Assembly: GCF_009914755.1 (NCBI RefSeq)
Contig: NC_060940.1
Length of the DNA stretch: 64,000 bases
Direction: 5' to 3' (one strand)
From: the human T2T-CHM13v2.0 reference genome, Homo sapiens
Shown: positions 26,770-38,085 of the stretch, in pieces
Numbering within the stretch: position 1 is the stretch's first letter
Layout: the number at the start of each line of letters is the position of its first letter
Notes under the pieces: model-generated
Database searches by the model: none
Seen by the model: only the letters and a program-made list of their open reading frames with translations
Told to the model about the DNA's origin: nothing
Program-made: the position numbers and the translations under genes

Positions 26770-28060
26770 TTCCTGTGCCCCTCCTAGCTACTATCTCCAT
26801 AAGTAACCTCTAAACTGACTTTGAACAGCATAGATCACCTGTACGTTCAACCGTTTTCTACTTTATGTACATGAAGTAAGAAAGCATGAATTTTTGTATA
26901 TCGATGTTGAATAGTTTATGTTGTTTGAAACTTACCTGTATTTCTGCATACTGTTTTGGGTTATTCATTAGCATTGGTGATAGAATTCCATCATGTGGCT
27001 ATCAAACTATCAAACAATTAGTTCAAATATTCCACTGCAAATGTACATGTGAGTGGTTTTCCTTTGGGGATACTAGGAAGAGTAGTGGTGTGTAAAAGCA
27101 TGTAAAATATAGAATGTGATTTAAGGATGTAAGAAGTATTTTTCTTGGGGTGTATACTTAGTAATCAAACTGATGAAACGTGTTTACATTTGTTAGGCTT
27201 TAGAAGATACTGCCAAACACTCTTCCAAAATGTTTGCACAGAAATTTACACTCAGGCCATGCTCAGTGGCCCACACCTGTAATCTCAGCACTTAGGGAGG
27301 ATGAGGAGGCCATCGGTAGTTCACAACCAGCCTGGCCAACATGATGAAACATTATCTCTATTAAAAGTAAAGAAACTAGCTGGGTGTCGTGGCAGCTGCC
27401 TGTAATCCAAGCTGCTCGGGAGAATAAGTCAGGAGAATCATATAAACCTGGGAAGCCAAGACTGCAGTGAGCCAAGATAGAGCCATTGCACTCCATCCTA
27501 GGTGACAGAGCAGGACTCTGCCTCAAAAAACAAACAAAAAAATACATTCAGAAGCACTGTATATGATTCTTGGTTTGTCCACATTATTTATAACCTTTGA
27601 TATTTTCCCTTGTTTTTATTTTAACCTTTTGGTTAGTATGTGGTTATACTAAGTATTGACTTTATTTGCATCTCCTTGGATACTAAGAAAGTTGAACATT
27701 TTTTACCTGTTTATTGTTCATTGCATAGCCGCTTCCTTGAAGTGTCAGTGGGTTTATTTTGCTCATTTTTCTTTTGTGTTTCTATCTATTCTTTATTAGT
27801 TAGTAGGAGTTATTTATCTATCCTGGATATGAGATCTTTCTTGGCCATTTTATGTATGTATATATTCACGTATGTAAATAAGTATCTACCTATCTATCAT
27901 CATTGTCATAACCATCAACACTATGTAGGTGTCTTTGATAAGAACCTATTCATATGAATGTAATCTAATTGGACATTTCTTTATTTCCAGTTAGAGCCTT
28001 TTATTGTTTAAATTTTTTCCTATTATAAAAACAGAGAGATTTTTTCCTTTGTTTTCTTCT
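26770..28060 (-). mobile_element. Ancient L1ME fragment interrupted by an Alu
   Basis: AGATACTGCCAAACACTCTTCCAAAA; TTTATTTGCATCTCCTTGGATACTAAGAAAGTTGAACA. Confidence 0.65.
27255..27542 (+). mobile_element. Old, diverged Alu (AluJ/S)
   Basis: Alu dimer with A-tail; imperfect TSD AAATTTACACTCA / AAATACATTCA. Confidence 0.85.
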
Positions 28061-28069
28061 AAGAATTAT

Positions 28070-29510
28070 CTTATTGTGATAAAATGTACATACCATAAAA
28101 TTTAATATTTTAAGTGTATCATTAAGGATATTAGGTACATTCAATGTGGTACAATTAACACTACTTACCATTTCCAGAACTTTTCATTATCCCTAACAGA
28201 AACTCTGTATATATTAAAAGATAATTTCCAATTCAGCCCCTTCAGCCCCTGTAGCCTCTGTTCTACTTTCTGTCTGTATGCATTTACCACTCTAAATACC
28301 TCACGTAAATAAAACCATCCAATATTTGTTCTTTGGCATCTGAGATTTTTCACATAGCATAATGTCTTCAAGGTTCATCTATGTCATAACATGTATCAGA
28401 ATTTTATTCCTTTTTGATGCTGAATAATATTTCATTGAATGTATTTACCATATTTTTATTTATTTTTTCATCTGTTAGTAGACATTTGGGTTTATTTCCA
28501 CCTTTGGCTATTGTGAATAATGCTTTTATAGTCAGTGGTGTAAAAGTGCCTGAGTTCCTGCTCTCAATTCTTTTGGGTATATACCTAGAGTGGAATTGCT
28601 GGGTCATATAGTAATTCTATGTTACACTTTTGAGGAACCACCAAACTATATTCCACAGCCAGTGCACCATTTGCATTATCACAAGCAATGCACTATGGCT
28701 ACAGTTTCTTCACATTCTAGGCAAGGGATTATTTATCATTAAAAAAATTTTAATGTAGCCATCCTAATACTATGAAGTGGTATCTCATTGTGGTTTTGAT
28801 GTGAATTTCTCTAATGGCCAGTGGTGTTGATCATTTATTAATGTGCTTATTTTGGTCATTTGTATATCTTATTTAAAGAAATGTCTATTTAAGTTTCTCT
28901 ACCTTTTCCTTAATTGGCCTTTTCAATTCTTTTAGTTGAGTTTTAGGAATTTTCTAATAGACTGTCTATTAATCCGTTATCAGGTACATAATTTGCAAAT
29001 CTTTTATTTCATTCAGTGGGTGATCTTTTAATCCTGTTTATCGTGTCCTTTGAAACACAAAAGTTTTAGATGTTGATAAAGAATAACATCTGATTTTTTC
29101 TTTTTTACCTGGTTTTGGTATCATATTTAATAAATCATCACCAAATGCAATATCCTAAGGTTTTTAATTATGTTTTCTTATGAGAGGTTTATAGTTTTAA
29201 CTCAAATATAGGTCTTTGATGCATTTTGATTTAATTTTTGTATGTTGTATTACAAAAATAATCTTTATTCTTTTTCATGTGAATTTGCTTTTCTAACATC
29301 ATTTGTTGAAAAGACTCTTCTTTTCCTATTGAACAGTTTTGGCACCATTTCAAAAATCAATTGACCATATATACAAGGCTTTATTTCTGGGCTTTCTATC
29401 CTATTCCATTTGTCTATATGTCTATCCTGATGCCAGTGCCCTTCTGTTTTGATTTTCATAGCTTTGTAAATTGTTTTTCTTTCTTTCTAAAATTAGGAAT
29501 TGTGAGTGCT
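28070..29510 (-). mobile_element. L1MB 3' end and ORF2 C-terminal remnant
   Basis: Peptide [28 protein letters not shown] matches ORF2p; L1MB-type 3'UTR. Confidence 0.85.
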
Positions 29511-29599
29511 TTTTGTCCTTTGTTCTCTTTCTGCCTCTTACTCCTCAGCAACCCCACAGCACAAAACACGGTTAATCTTGGTCTCAAAAATCTTCAATG

Positions 29600-29920
29600 G
29601 ACCTTTTTCATCAAAGAATTGACTATTTTTGCATTTAAGAGGAAAGATGCATGCTGCTGTAATTTAGTAGATTGTGGAGGTTTTGCTTTGTTTCACAACA
29701 TGTAGCATCTCCTGTTCCTGACTGTCTTTCAAAAATATTTGTATGTCAAACAGCCTTTGAAGATTGCAGCTAATTAGTTGACCAATATAAAAAGATAATG
29801 CCCTCTATGAAGCAAAGGTTGGGCAGATTAGCTTGTAAGCCACTTTAGTAATAGGATTTTCTTAACCCTGAGAGTCCTCAGCTGTGACACAAATGTACTG
29901 AATGTGCAGTGTCCACTGGA
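29600..29920 (+). mobile_element. ERV1 LTR fragment (MER31/MER67-like)
   Basis: ATAAAAAGATAATGCCCTCT...AGCAAAGGTTGGGCAG...TCCTCAGCTGTGACACAAA motif order. Confidence 0.5.
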
Positions 29921-31589
29921 GCCTTTTTACATTCCCTGAAGTACCAGGAGTTGACAAGAAAAAGGAATACAAACATTGAGCTCTATTCCCAGTTATGCAA
30001 TGAATAAAAGGGTATTTTATGTGATATGTAGATGTCTCATGCTTTCTGCCAGCATTCATGAAATGAGAAGGTTAGTATGTTGGCTTAAGGATTGAGTAAA
30101 ATCTAAGAAACTTCATATTTATTGACAGTTTTGGAAATGAGGTTGGGATGCTAAGAGAAAAATGACTTTCTGGAAAAGAAATGGATACAGATCTTTGCAG
30201 GCCTGGTAAAGGAATATGAGAAGGCTCCCCAGGACCAGTAGCACATTCTCTCAGGCAAGTGGTGCACAGGGTGGGAATAAAAGCCCCATCTCATTCTATC
30301 TGTTAAATTAGACTTATGTGTGTGTGACGTAGGATTGAAACAAGGAGCCTGAGTGCTTTTCTTATTGTTCATTTTTCTCCTGCTAGGAAAAAGGTAAAAT
30401 AGTCTCCAAAGCTGATCCTGAGCCTTTGGTGAATCTAACGCACTGAAAGTTGTTGATGTGGTTGAGCACTAAGCAGCCAAGAGGTTGCTAGAAAGTAAAT
30501 GGAAATACGCCTTGTTAGTGCCTTGCTTACCTGCATAGAGGTGTCCGCTTTCGCAGCTCTCCTTAATTCCTCCCTCCCTCCCTCTGTATCTAACTTTGTT
30601 AAACTTAAAGATTAAGCTAAATATAAACGGGTATTTGAGACAGGGAAATAATGCAAACATTTATAGTTCTATTTGATGTGTGTCCCCAATTAAGCACTCT
30701 GTGTATTCCCCTGGGATGCACAAGTTGTTGTAGATGCAGAAGACTGTAGGATCTAGAGTGCTTCCAAGCAAGCAGAATGAACTAAGTTCCTGATCCTGGG
30801 TACTCTTCAAATGCTGCGCTGTACAAAGGAGAGAAGGCAGCACAGACCTGAGAGAAAAAAACAATGACCACCCAAGCCGTCTCCCCCATGCTAGCCTCTT
30901 CTAGACTCTTGTGTCCCCATGCCCTTGCCTAGGGGATGGTGCAATCCTATGTCAGCCCCTGACTCAGACAAATGTTAACTACCATGGTCTATTTTTCCAT
31001 AGAAGAAGTTAATCATGGAATGAATTGGGCTATATTAAGAGTCATTCGTGACTCTGTATAATAAATTACAAATTTGTTTGGGGGACATATGAACATAAGT
31101 TTTGATGAGCATTATATGGTAATAATGGTTCTTGTATAATAAAAGCACATATTCAATGAATTCTAAGAACAACCTCTATAGTGTTTATTTTATTCTTAGG
31201 TCATCCTAGCAAACTCGGCAAAAGTGAAGCCAGGTTCTTCTGCTTTGACTGATGGTCAAAAGAGGCACAGAGTGTGTGAGTCACTAGGCAGTGGGGAGTG
31301 GAGAGGAGCCAGTGTGTGCTGTAGTTCACTGACATAACTGTCTTCCTTCTCTCATTGTCACCCTACAAAGTTCAGCAGAGTGTGGTTTTTACACCCTGTG
31401 ACCCAAGGGATTGGGAGTTATTTGAGGACCCAGCTTGGCTGCATCTTGGGTAAGCACAATTAAGTATCTGGTATGTACAGAAAAAAGTGTATTTAGCTGT
31501 TTATTAAGGACACATTTGGTGTCAAGCACTGCAGTGAGCAGAAGTTTACAGTCTCAAGTTGATTTCTGCTTGGGAACAACTCAAAGATG

Positions 31590-31730
31590 AATCAACTCAT
31601 TATCCCCATTTTACACATGAGAAAACTGCCACTTAGAATAAATAAATATGAAAGACTTCATGGCTGCTAAGTGGAAAACTGGTATCTCAAAGGCAGGCCA
31701 TCTTATCCTGTACTTCAACTGAACTGGGCA
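31590..31730 (-). mobile_element. MIR fragment
   Basis: ATTATCCCCATTTTACACATGAGAAAACTG core. Confidence 0.7.
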
Positions 31731-32245
31731 GCCTCTTACCAGCTGTCTGTGTAAAGGCCAGAGGCATAAGAAAGTGGCATTTGAGCCTTTGATGAACAGG
31801 TAAAAATCTCAAAAGTTGGTGCTCAAGGTGAAGGGGTTAGATAACTGCACAACTTGATAAGATACCACCTTTTAATTCAATGCGTCCCATGAAAATGTTC
31901 ATAAGACTTACATATGTTTTGAGATCATCACTTGGCACAGCATTTATGTAGAAAATATTTTAAAAGGCAGGTATTTAGCCACTGATAACTCTATGTAGCT
32001 CTATAAAATATATGTGTTCATTAGGTAGATGGTGTTTCATCTAAGAATGAGATGGATAATTGTGTTTGTAGTAAAATATATTTATAAATAACCCCAATCA
32101 TGAATATTTAATTACTAACAAAATGAACATATGTCTGTGGCAAGGATGTATATATACACGCACACACATACACACATATACTTTATATAATATATAACAT
32201 GTAATTCTACATCTACAATATACATTTTATTACAATGTTACAGAA

Positions 32246-32480
32246 CTTTCTGTGGCCATTGTGGGCTTCATTGCCCACCAGCTCCAAGGTGTTGCCCATC
32301 AGGTACTCAAAAGTTGCAGCAAGAAAAACAGGTGTGGATGAGCTCAGGCAGTGGGCACAGCCGATCTCCCACAGGAGGTGTCCACATGGTTCATGGGAAC
32401 TGCGACTCTGCTCTTGCGAAGAGGGGGCAAGCCTGCTACCTATGTCTATGAGAGCTCCAACATTTCTTTTTCTTAGTCGT
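32246..32480 (-). pseudogene. Short histone H2A variant (H2A.L-like) pseudogene, 3'-truncated
   Basis: Reconstructed (ACG)TKKKKCWSSHRHR*QACPLFARAESQF/MNHVD/LLWEIGCAHCLSSSTPVFLAATFEYLMGNTLELVGNEAHNGHRK; RAExQF, STPVFLAA and EYL...LEL.G.EA are H2A histone-fold motifs in the short-H2A form; TAG at 32436-32438 and frameshifts near 32380-32395. Confidence 0.85.
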
Positions 32481-32493
32481 GGGTTTTGGTGAA

Positions 32494-32940
32494 TGTTATG
32501 ATTTGGATGTGGGCTGTCTCCAACAAAACTCATGTTGAAATTCGATTCTCTATGGAACAGTGTTGGGAGGTAGGATCTAGTAGGAGATTTGAGGTCATGG
32601 GTGTGGACTCCTCATAAAGAGATTGATGCTCTCCTGCATTGTAACTTCTTGCTCTCATTTTCTGCAAGAGTGGGTTGTTAAAAGGCATGTGGATTCCTTG
32701 GTTTCTCTCTTTCTCTCTCAGTTCCCCTTTTGCCATGTGATCTCTTTTGCACACACCTGCTTTCTTTCCACTTTTCACCTTGAGTGGAAACAGCATGAGG
32801 TCCTCCAGAAGTTAAGCAGGTGTAAGGGTCGTACATCTTGTAATTCTTAGGCATCAGATCCGTGAGCTAAGTAAACCTCTTTCCTTTATAATTTTTTAAG
32901 TCTTGCCTTCTGTTATAGTGTCACAAAAAGGACTAAGACA
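32494..32940 (+). mobile_element. MSTB-like MaLR solo LTR
   Basis: TGTTATGATTTGGATGT...GACTAAGACA, 447 bp; perfect 5-bp TSD GTGAA (32489-32493 and 32941-32945). Confidence 0.9.
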
Positions 32941-33087
32941 GTGAACTTTGCTCCATTCGACCCAACTTGACTCTCCACCTGGCCTGGGCATCTCAAGACA
33001 CCAGTGTTCAGTCCCACCCACTGTGTACCTCCAAGCCAGCCCCTCACTGGTTAGGGAGCAGCCTTTGTGAGCCATGATCAGGTCTGG

Positions 33088-33149
33088 GATAAAAACCTGG
33101 TCACCTTAATGATAAAAACCCATGATAAAAACCTGGTCACCTTAATGAT
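33088..33149. repeat. 26-bp direct repeat with 36-bp period
   Basis: GATAAAAACCTGGTCACCTTAATGAT at 33088-33113 and 33124-33149. Confidence 0.9.
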
Positions 33150-33764
33150 GGTACCCTCTTCTTGAGAAAACTGTAACTTTCCACTTTACTTTTTATAGTA
33201 GAGAGAAATGTGTTCTTCAGTGATAAACCTGGCCCTGTCTAAAGGACACCATTCCAGGTTATATGATTCTAGCCTGTAATGTCATTGAGTGCTTTTACAA
33301 CCCTTTGTAAGTTTTAGGTCACCGTCAGAGGTGCATGCTGTCTTATCCAGTCAATTGTCTCTCCTTTAACCCTGTAATGAAATGAGTTTTCCCTGCATTT
33401 AAATATTCACCTCAATATTGATGATTAATACTCTTCTGGCTGATTGTGCTTTTTAAAAAAACTGATTAGCATATCTGTTGGTCCTTCATAAGTTAAATAT
33501 TATTTTACCATATGTTATTTTCTTTATGAGTGTCATGACTTTTTTTAAAATATTTTCTTTTAGGCATATTTTACATTGCACAAATATACCTAATTGATTC
33601 ATCTACCAGGACCAGATACATTTCTATGACAGAGTTTCACTAAATGCATAGTTGAAGCCTGAGTGTAACTATTTTTCGCTTTCCTAGGTGACCCTAAAGC
33701 ACCCATAGAACTTTGATGACTCTGCGTTCTTTATTTTAACTTTTCATTCTGTTAATTTAGTGTT

Positions 33765-33789
33765 TGTGTGTGTGTGTGTGTGTGTGTGT
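33765..33789. repeat. (TG)n microsatellite
   Basis: About 12 TG units. Confidence 0.95.
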
Positions 33790-33864
33790 TTGCTATGTTT
33801 ACACTTACAGCTGAAAAGATGGTCTGCATTTTGGCAAAAATTATTTCAAGTTTATTTTTAAAAA

Positions 33865-34650
33865 TTATTTTTATTGAGGTTAAAATCATATAACATAAAA
33901 TTAAATATGTTGATCATGTTAAAGTTTACCATTTAGTGTATTCACAATTGTCAATAATAGGTAACTCCAGAAAAGTATAATCACTCCCAAAATAAACCCC
34001 ACACCCATTAAGCAGTCACTTCCTACTCCCGTCCCCCAACCTGGCAAAAAAATTCATTTTCTGTTTCGATGAATTTGCCTGCTCTGGGTATTTTATACAA
34101 ATGGATTCATAAAGTATCTGGCCTTTTATATCTGGCTTTTTTCATTAAGCATGTTTTCAATCTCCATCCATGTTGTAGCCCATATGGGTACTTCGTTACT
34201 TTTTATACCTAAATACTATTCCATTGCATAAATATATCACATTTGTTTATCTGTTCCTCTTCTGATGGCCATTTTGGATTGTTTCCACTTTTGGCTGTAA
34301 CAAACAATGTTTCTGTGAGCATTTATATACAAGTTTTCTTGTGGCTGTATGTTTTTCATTTGTATTGGGCATATCCTTTGGAGTGGAATTGCTGGATTAT
34401 ATGGTAACTCTATGGTTACTTTTGGAGGACTTGCCAAAATGTTCCCAAATGGCTGCATCATTTTACCATCTCACCAGCACTGTATTAGTCTCCAATCATC
34501 TCCACGTCCTCACCCACATTTATCTGTCTTCTTAACTGTACCCATACTACTAGCTGTGAAGTGATATCTCATTGTGGTTTTTATTTGTATTTTCCTAATG
34601 AATAAGGATGGTAAACACGACTTTACATGCTTCTTGGCCATTTGTGTTGG
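33865..34650 (-). mobile_element. L1MB 3' end
   Basis: CCCATTAAGCAGTCACTTCC; GAGTGGAATTGCTGGATTATATGGTAACTCTATG. Confidence 0.85.
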
Positions 34651-36763
34651 TTATTTCCATATCCTGATGTGTTGCCATCATGAAGACTGAAAATGTTCTC
34701 TGATAATTTTTCCTAAGTTAATTTGCTTAGAAACAATGTATAGGGGTATAAAATGATTTCCTCAGCGAATGTACTTGTCTCATTTAATTTGTAATGATAT
34801 GATTTGGTCCTTCTACTGGTATATCCTATATTTCTGAAATAAACAATTTGCTATTATTTGTATACTTAGATACTACTTTTTTATCCAAGTCCATAATTTA
34901 TATTGGCCTAGTTTTAAATTTTGCATGTATTGAGTGTAATAGCCATATAAAATCTTTCCATGGCTTTTCCCATTTTCCTGATTAGTAAAATTGATTTGAA
35001 TGATGAATACCTAAACTTTTAAAATGAAAAAGGAATCATTTAAAGTAATAAGAACTTTTGATTAATGGTTCCAAATATTTAAAATTTGTTTACTGAGTTT
35101 TCATTTATTCTTACTTTGGTTTTGGTAGTCTATAATTTACAGAAATTATTATTTTCTCTAGATTTTTAATTTATTCTTATGTTTGTTTTCTTTAATCTCT
35201 AGGGGTTTTTAAAACTCTACCAATAAGTTTAAAGCTGCTTATTCTTATTAAGTTTATCTTTTCACATTTTTCTCAACATTGCACTAGCTCTGTGAATTTT
35301 ATCATTAATTTTATTTATTTTTGTATAACAATTATTATTCTAAATTTTATTACCTAAATTATAATTTATTATTACATATTACCTGTATTTAATCTATACT
35401 TCATTTAATAGACTTCAAAGATTGACCTCTAGCACATATTGTCAGGCACATTTTATTCTAGAACTTGAAATTGTAGTTATCTTATTTGCCTGAATACTAT
35501 TGAATCAAATACAGTTTACAACTTTGATATGGAGAATCTCGATTGTGATTTATTAAACAAAGTAATTATTCATTAGGAATGTCCCAGTTTTAATTTTTAC
35601 TACTTAAGAAATTTAATACAGCATTTCAAAAATATTATTACTTAATGGGTAGTAAGGCTATACTCTATAATTCAAATGTTTTAATTTGTTATATAAAATA
35701 TGTTATAACTTGTTAAAACTTTTTTGAGATCAAATTATTGACCCATATGTGCTGAAGAATGTAATATAAAGCCCAGGTTCAATATATATCAGTTTAGTTC
35801 AAGTCTGTTTGTTGTCTTGTTCAATTTTTGAATTATCAATAATTTTTATCTGTGTTATGTAATGATAATCACAAATGGTCTGTCAAATATTTTTTACTAT
35901 GGTCAAATTCATACCTAGTTTATATTAATTTTTTCAAAAATTCTCCTTTGAATATTAGAAACCAAAAATTATTTTCTCCCCTTGCCGAAAAATGGTGCCA
36001 TGACCTTCATCCCCAGATGCCTTGTGCTGTGCTCCTCAGTGGGCAGTGAACAGCTCCAACATAGATTCATCTCCCAAAGTGCAGAATACGCAGTCCATCC
36101 TGCCTCTGCCTTTCAGAAAAAGATTAATGGAGATTATCGCTTGATACAAAATATTCTACCTTTTATGTTTTCCAAAAACCAGTTGGTGTGCTTTATAATT
36201 ATCACATGTTAACTGAAAATTGAATTATAATTAAAACCTCTCAGTGTGATCCTTATGCTCACTTTGTTCTAGCTATGTCATTTTCTTCATTTTTACCTAA
36301 AATACTTTTAAAATATGCTACTCTCCTCCCATAACACTCACATATTTCAAATGACAAACTTTCTTTGTAAAACTGAAAGTAAATGGGAAACCTGATCTTT
36401 GACATGCTACAGTGTCTGATACATTATTTTTCCTCAAGCTCATCCCAAGCCACTTGTTGCAGTTACTGCTTTTCCTTCTCACCTTTGTGACAAGACAACA
36501 TTCAGTTTTTTCCATTTTATTAAATTTTCTAAAGAATGTTTAGCTTCTAAACTTAAGTGAAATATTAAATAATGAAAGCATTTAAAAAACATTTCATCTG
36601 TACTTGTCATTCTTACTGTATAAAAAAGTATGTGAGAGCAGAGACTCAGTCTGTGGTCCACACACTTTTTTTGACTGCTTATAGTGATAGTTTAAACTTT
36701 TACAAGAAAATAATAAATGACTGCATAGTATAAAAATTAAGACAATCCACATAAAATTTAGAG

Positions 36764-37703
36764 TCACCTGATCAGCTTAAGGAATTGTGTATTCCTTCCA
36801 GAGCAGGCAGAGCTGAGCCTGGACATGCTGCGGTCATGGCTCATGAGAATAAAGAAGCTAACTGTAGCAAAACAAGTAGTAATCAGGGCAGAGGTGTTCA
36901 CCAGCCACCAACTGGAGTTAGGTAAAATGGTAAAAAATAACGATGAGATGGAGAAGACAATATGAAACAATAGAAAGGTGCTCACTAGGACAAGAATGCT
37001 TTGAGTGACTCTGGACTCAGGGGAGGGGCTGGGAGAGAGGTTGGTCCTATAAGTTTGTTCGACCCGCTGCTTGTGCCTCTACAGGATCAACACCATGGAG
37101 TCACTGACTAGCCCAGGCCATGAGGCAAAAACACAAAACATCATAGGATGATGACAATGTTATATGCAGTAATCCTGTAAATTTGTTAACTACTGCAGAG
37201 CAGTATCCCACATCCTTTTTCTTTGTGTTGTTTTTGCCATTTCACTTCCCAGTCATATTTATAGAAAAAGTAATATTTACCGGTATATTCACAATCCAGC
37301 ACAGTATTTTGGAGGACCCAATGTACTTGGGAGCTTGTAGTTTCAACTCTGCCAATCTCAAGTTCATGGGGCTAATCATCATGGCCTAGAAGATACTCAG
37401 TAGTCAGGTTGTACCAATGGACACACCCCTGACCACTCTGTGAACATAAACAAGTTTGCACCCAATATCACTGAGGAAATATTTCACCCCCAACGTGGCC
37501 ACAGTCTGCTGTGGGACTCTTTTAGGGAGGGTGATCAAGAAGTTGGCTACAGTTAGGTACTTGAGAATAAAATCCGTGGACCTTAATGTGCACCTGGTGA
37601 AATAAAGGAAACTATAATGGTAAAGAAGAAAGAAATTCCCCAGAAACCCAAGTAGGGTCTGAGATAAGAAGGTTATTCCTATTGCCAAATCCCTGGGAGC
37701 CAT
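36764..37703 (-). pseudogene. Vomeronasal type-1 receptor (V1R; VN1R2/VN1R4-like clade) pseudogene, full length, single coding exon
   Basis: MAPRDLAIG...GFLGNFFLLYHY...RSTDFILKYLTVAN...GCKL...HRVVRGVSIGTT; APKYIG; LIL*RHKQRV; SPESRVTQSILVLVSTF; SWWLVNTSALI..CF..VS.FILM. Stops at 37404-06, 37386-88, 37242-44 and 37079-81; net +1 frameshift near 37105 (span 940 nt). Confidence 0.95.
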
Positions 37704-37747
37704 TTGCTATTTTCCAATGACTGGAATCTCATTCAGAGTGAGCGACT

Positions 37748-37765
37748 CCTGCATGGACACATGAG
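37748..37765 (-). promoter_or_regulatory. Putative splice acceptor of the V1R coding exon
   Basis: Minus strand CCTCATGTGTCCATGCAG|GAG, 45 nt upstream of the ATG; V1R genes typically have upstream non-coding exons. Confidence 0.4.
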
Positions 37766-37949
37766 GACCGTTTTGTCATGGCAGCTGAAATCCAGTATTG
37801 TCCACTTACCATTGTTTTTAACCCATAACTTATTAAATTCCACTTTTCTTTTGCTAACAGTTTTGCTGTCATACACACAGACATACGTACATGCACATCC
37901 ATGGTAACAGTTCTACATTAGTGTTTTAAATATAACTTTCATGACACTT

Positions 37950-38085
37950 CTAAGAAGCACTTTATTATTCTCATTTTGCAGGTGAGGAACTCTTAGGCAC
38001 AAGAAGGCTGACTGAGTATTTCTATAGTAATTTCTTTGAAGGGGCAGCATCAGAAGTTGACAATGTACTTAACCTCTATGCTGTC
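37950..38085 (-). mobile_element. MIR fragment
   Basis: TATTATTCTCATTTTGCAGGTGAGGAAC...CTTAACCTCTATGCT. Confidence 0.65.
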
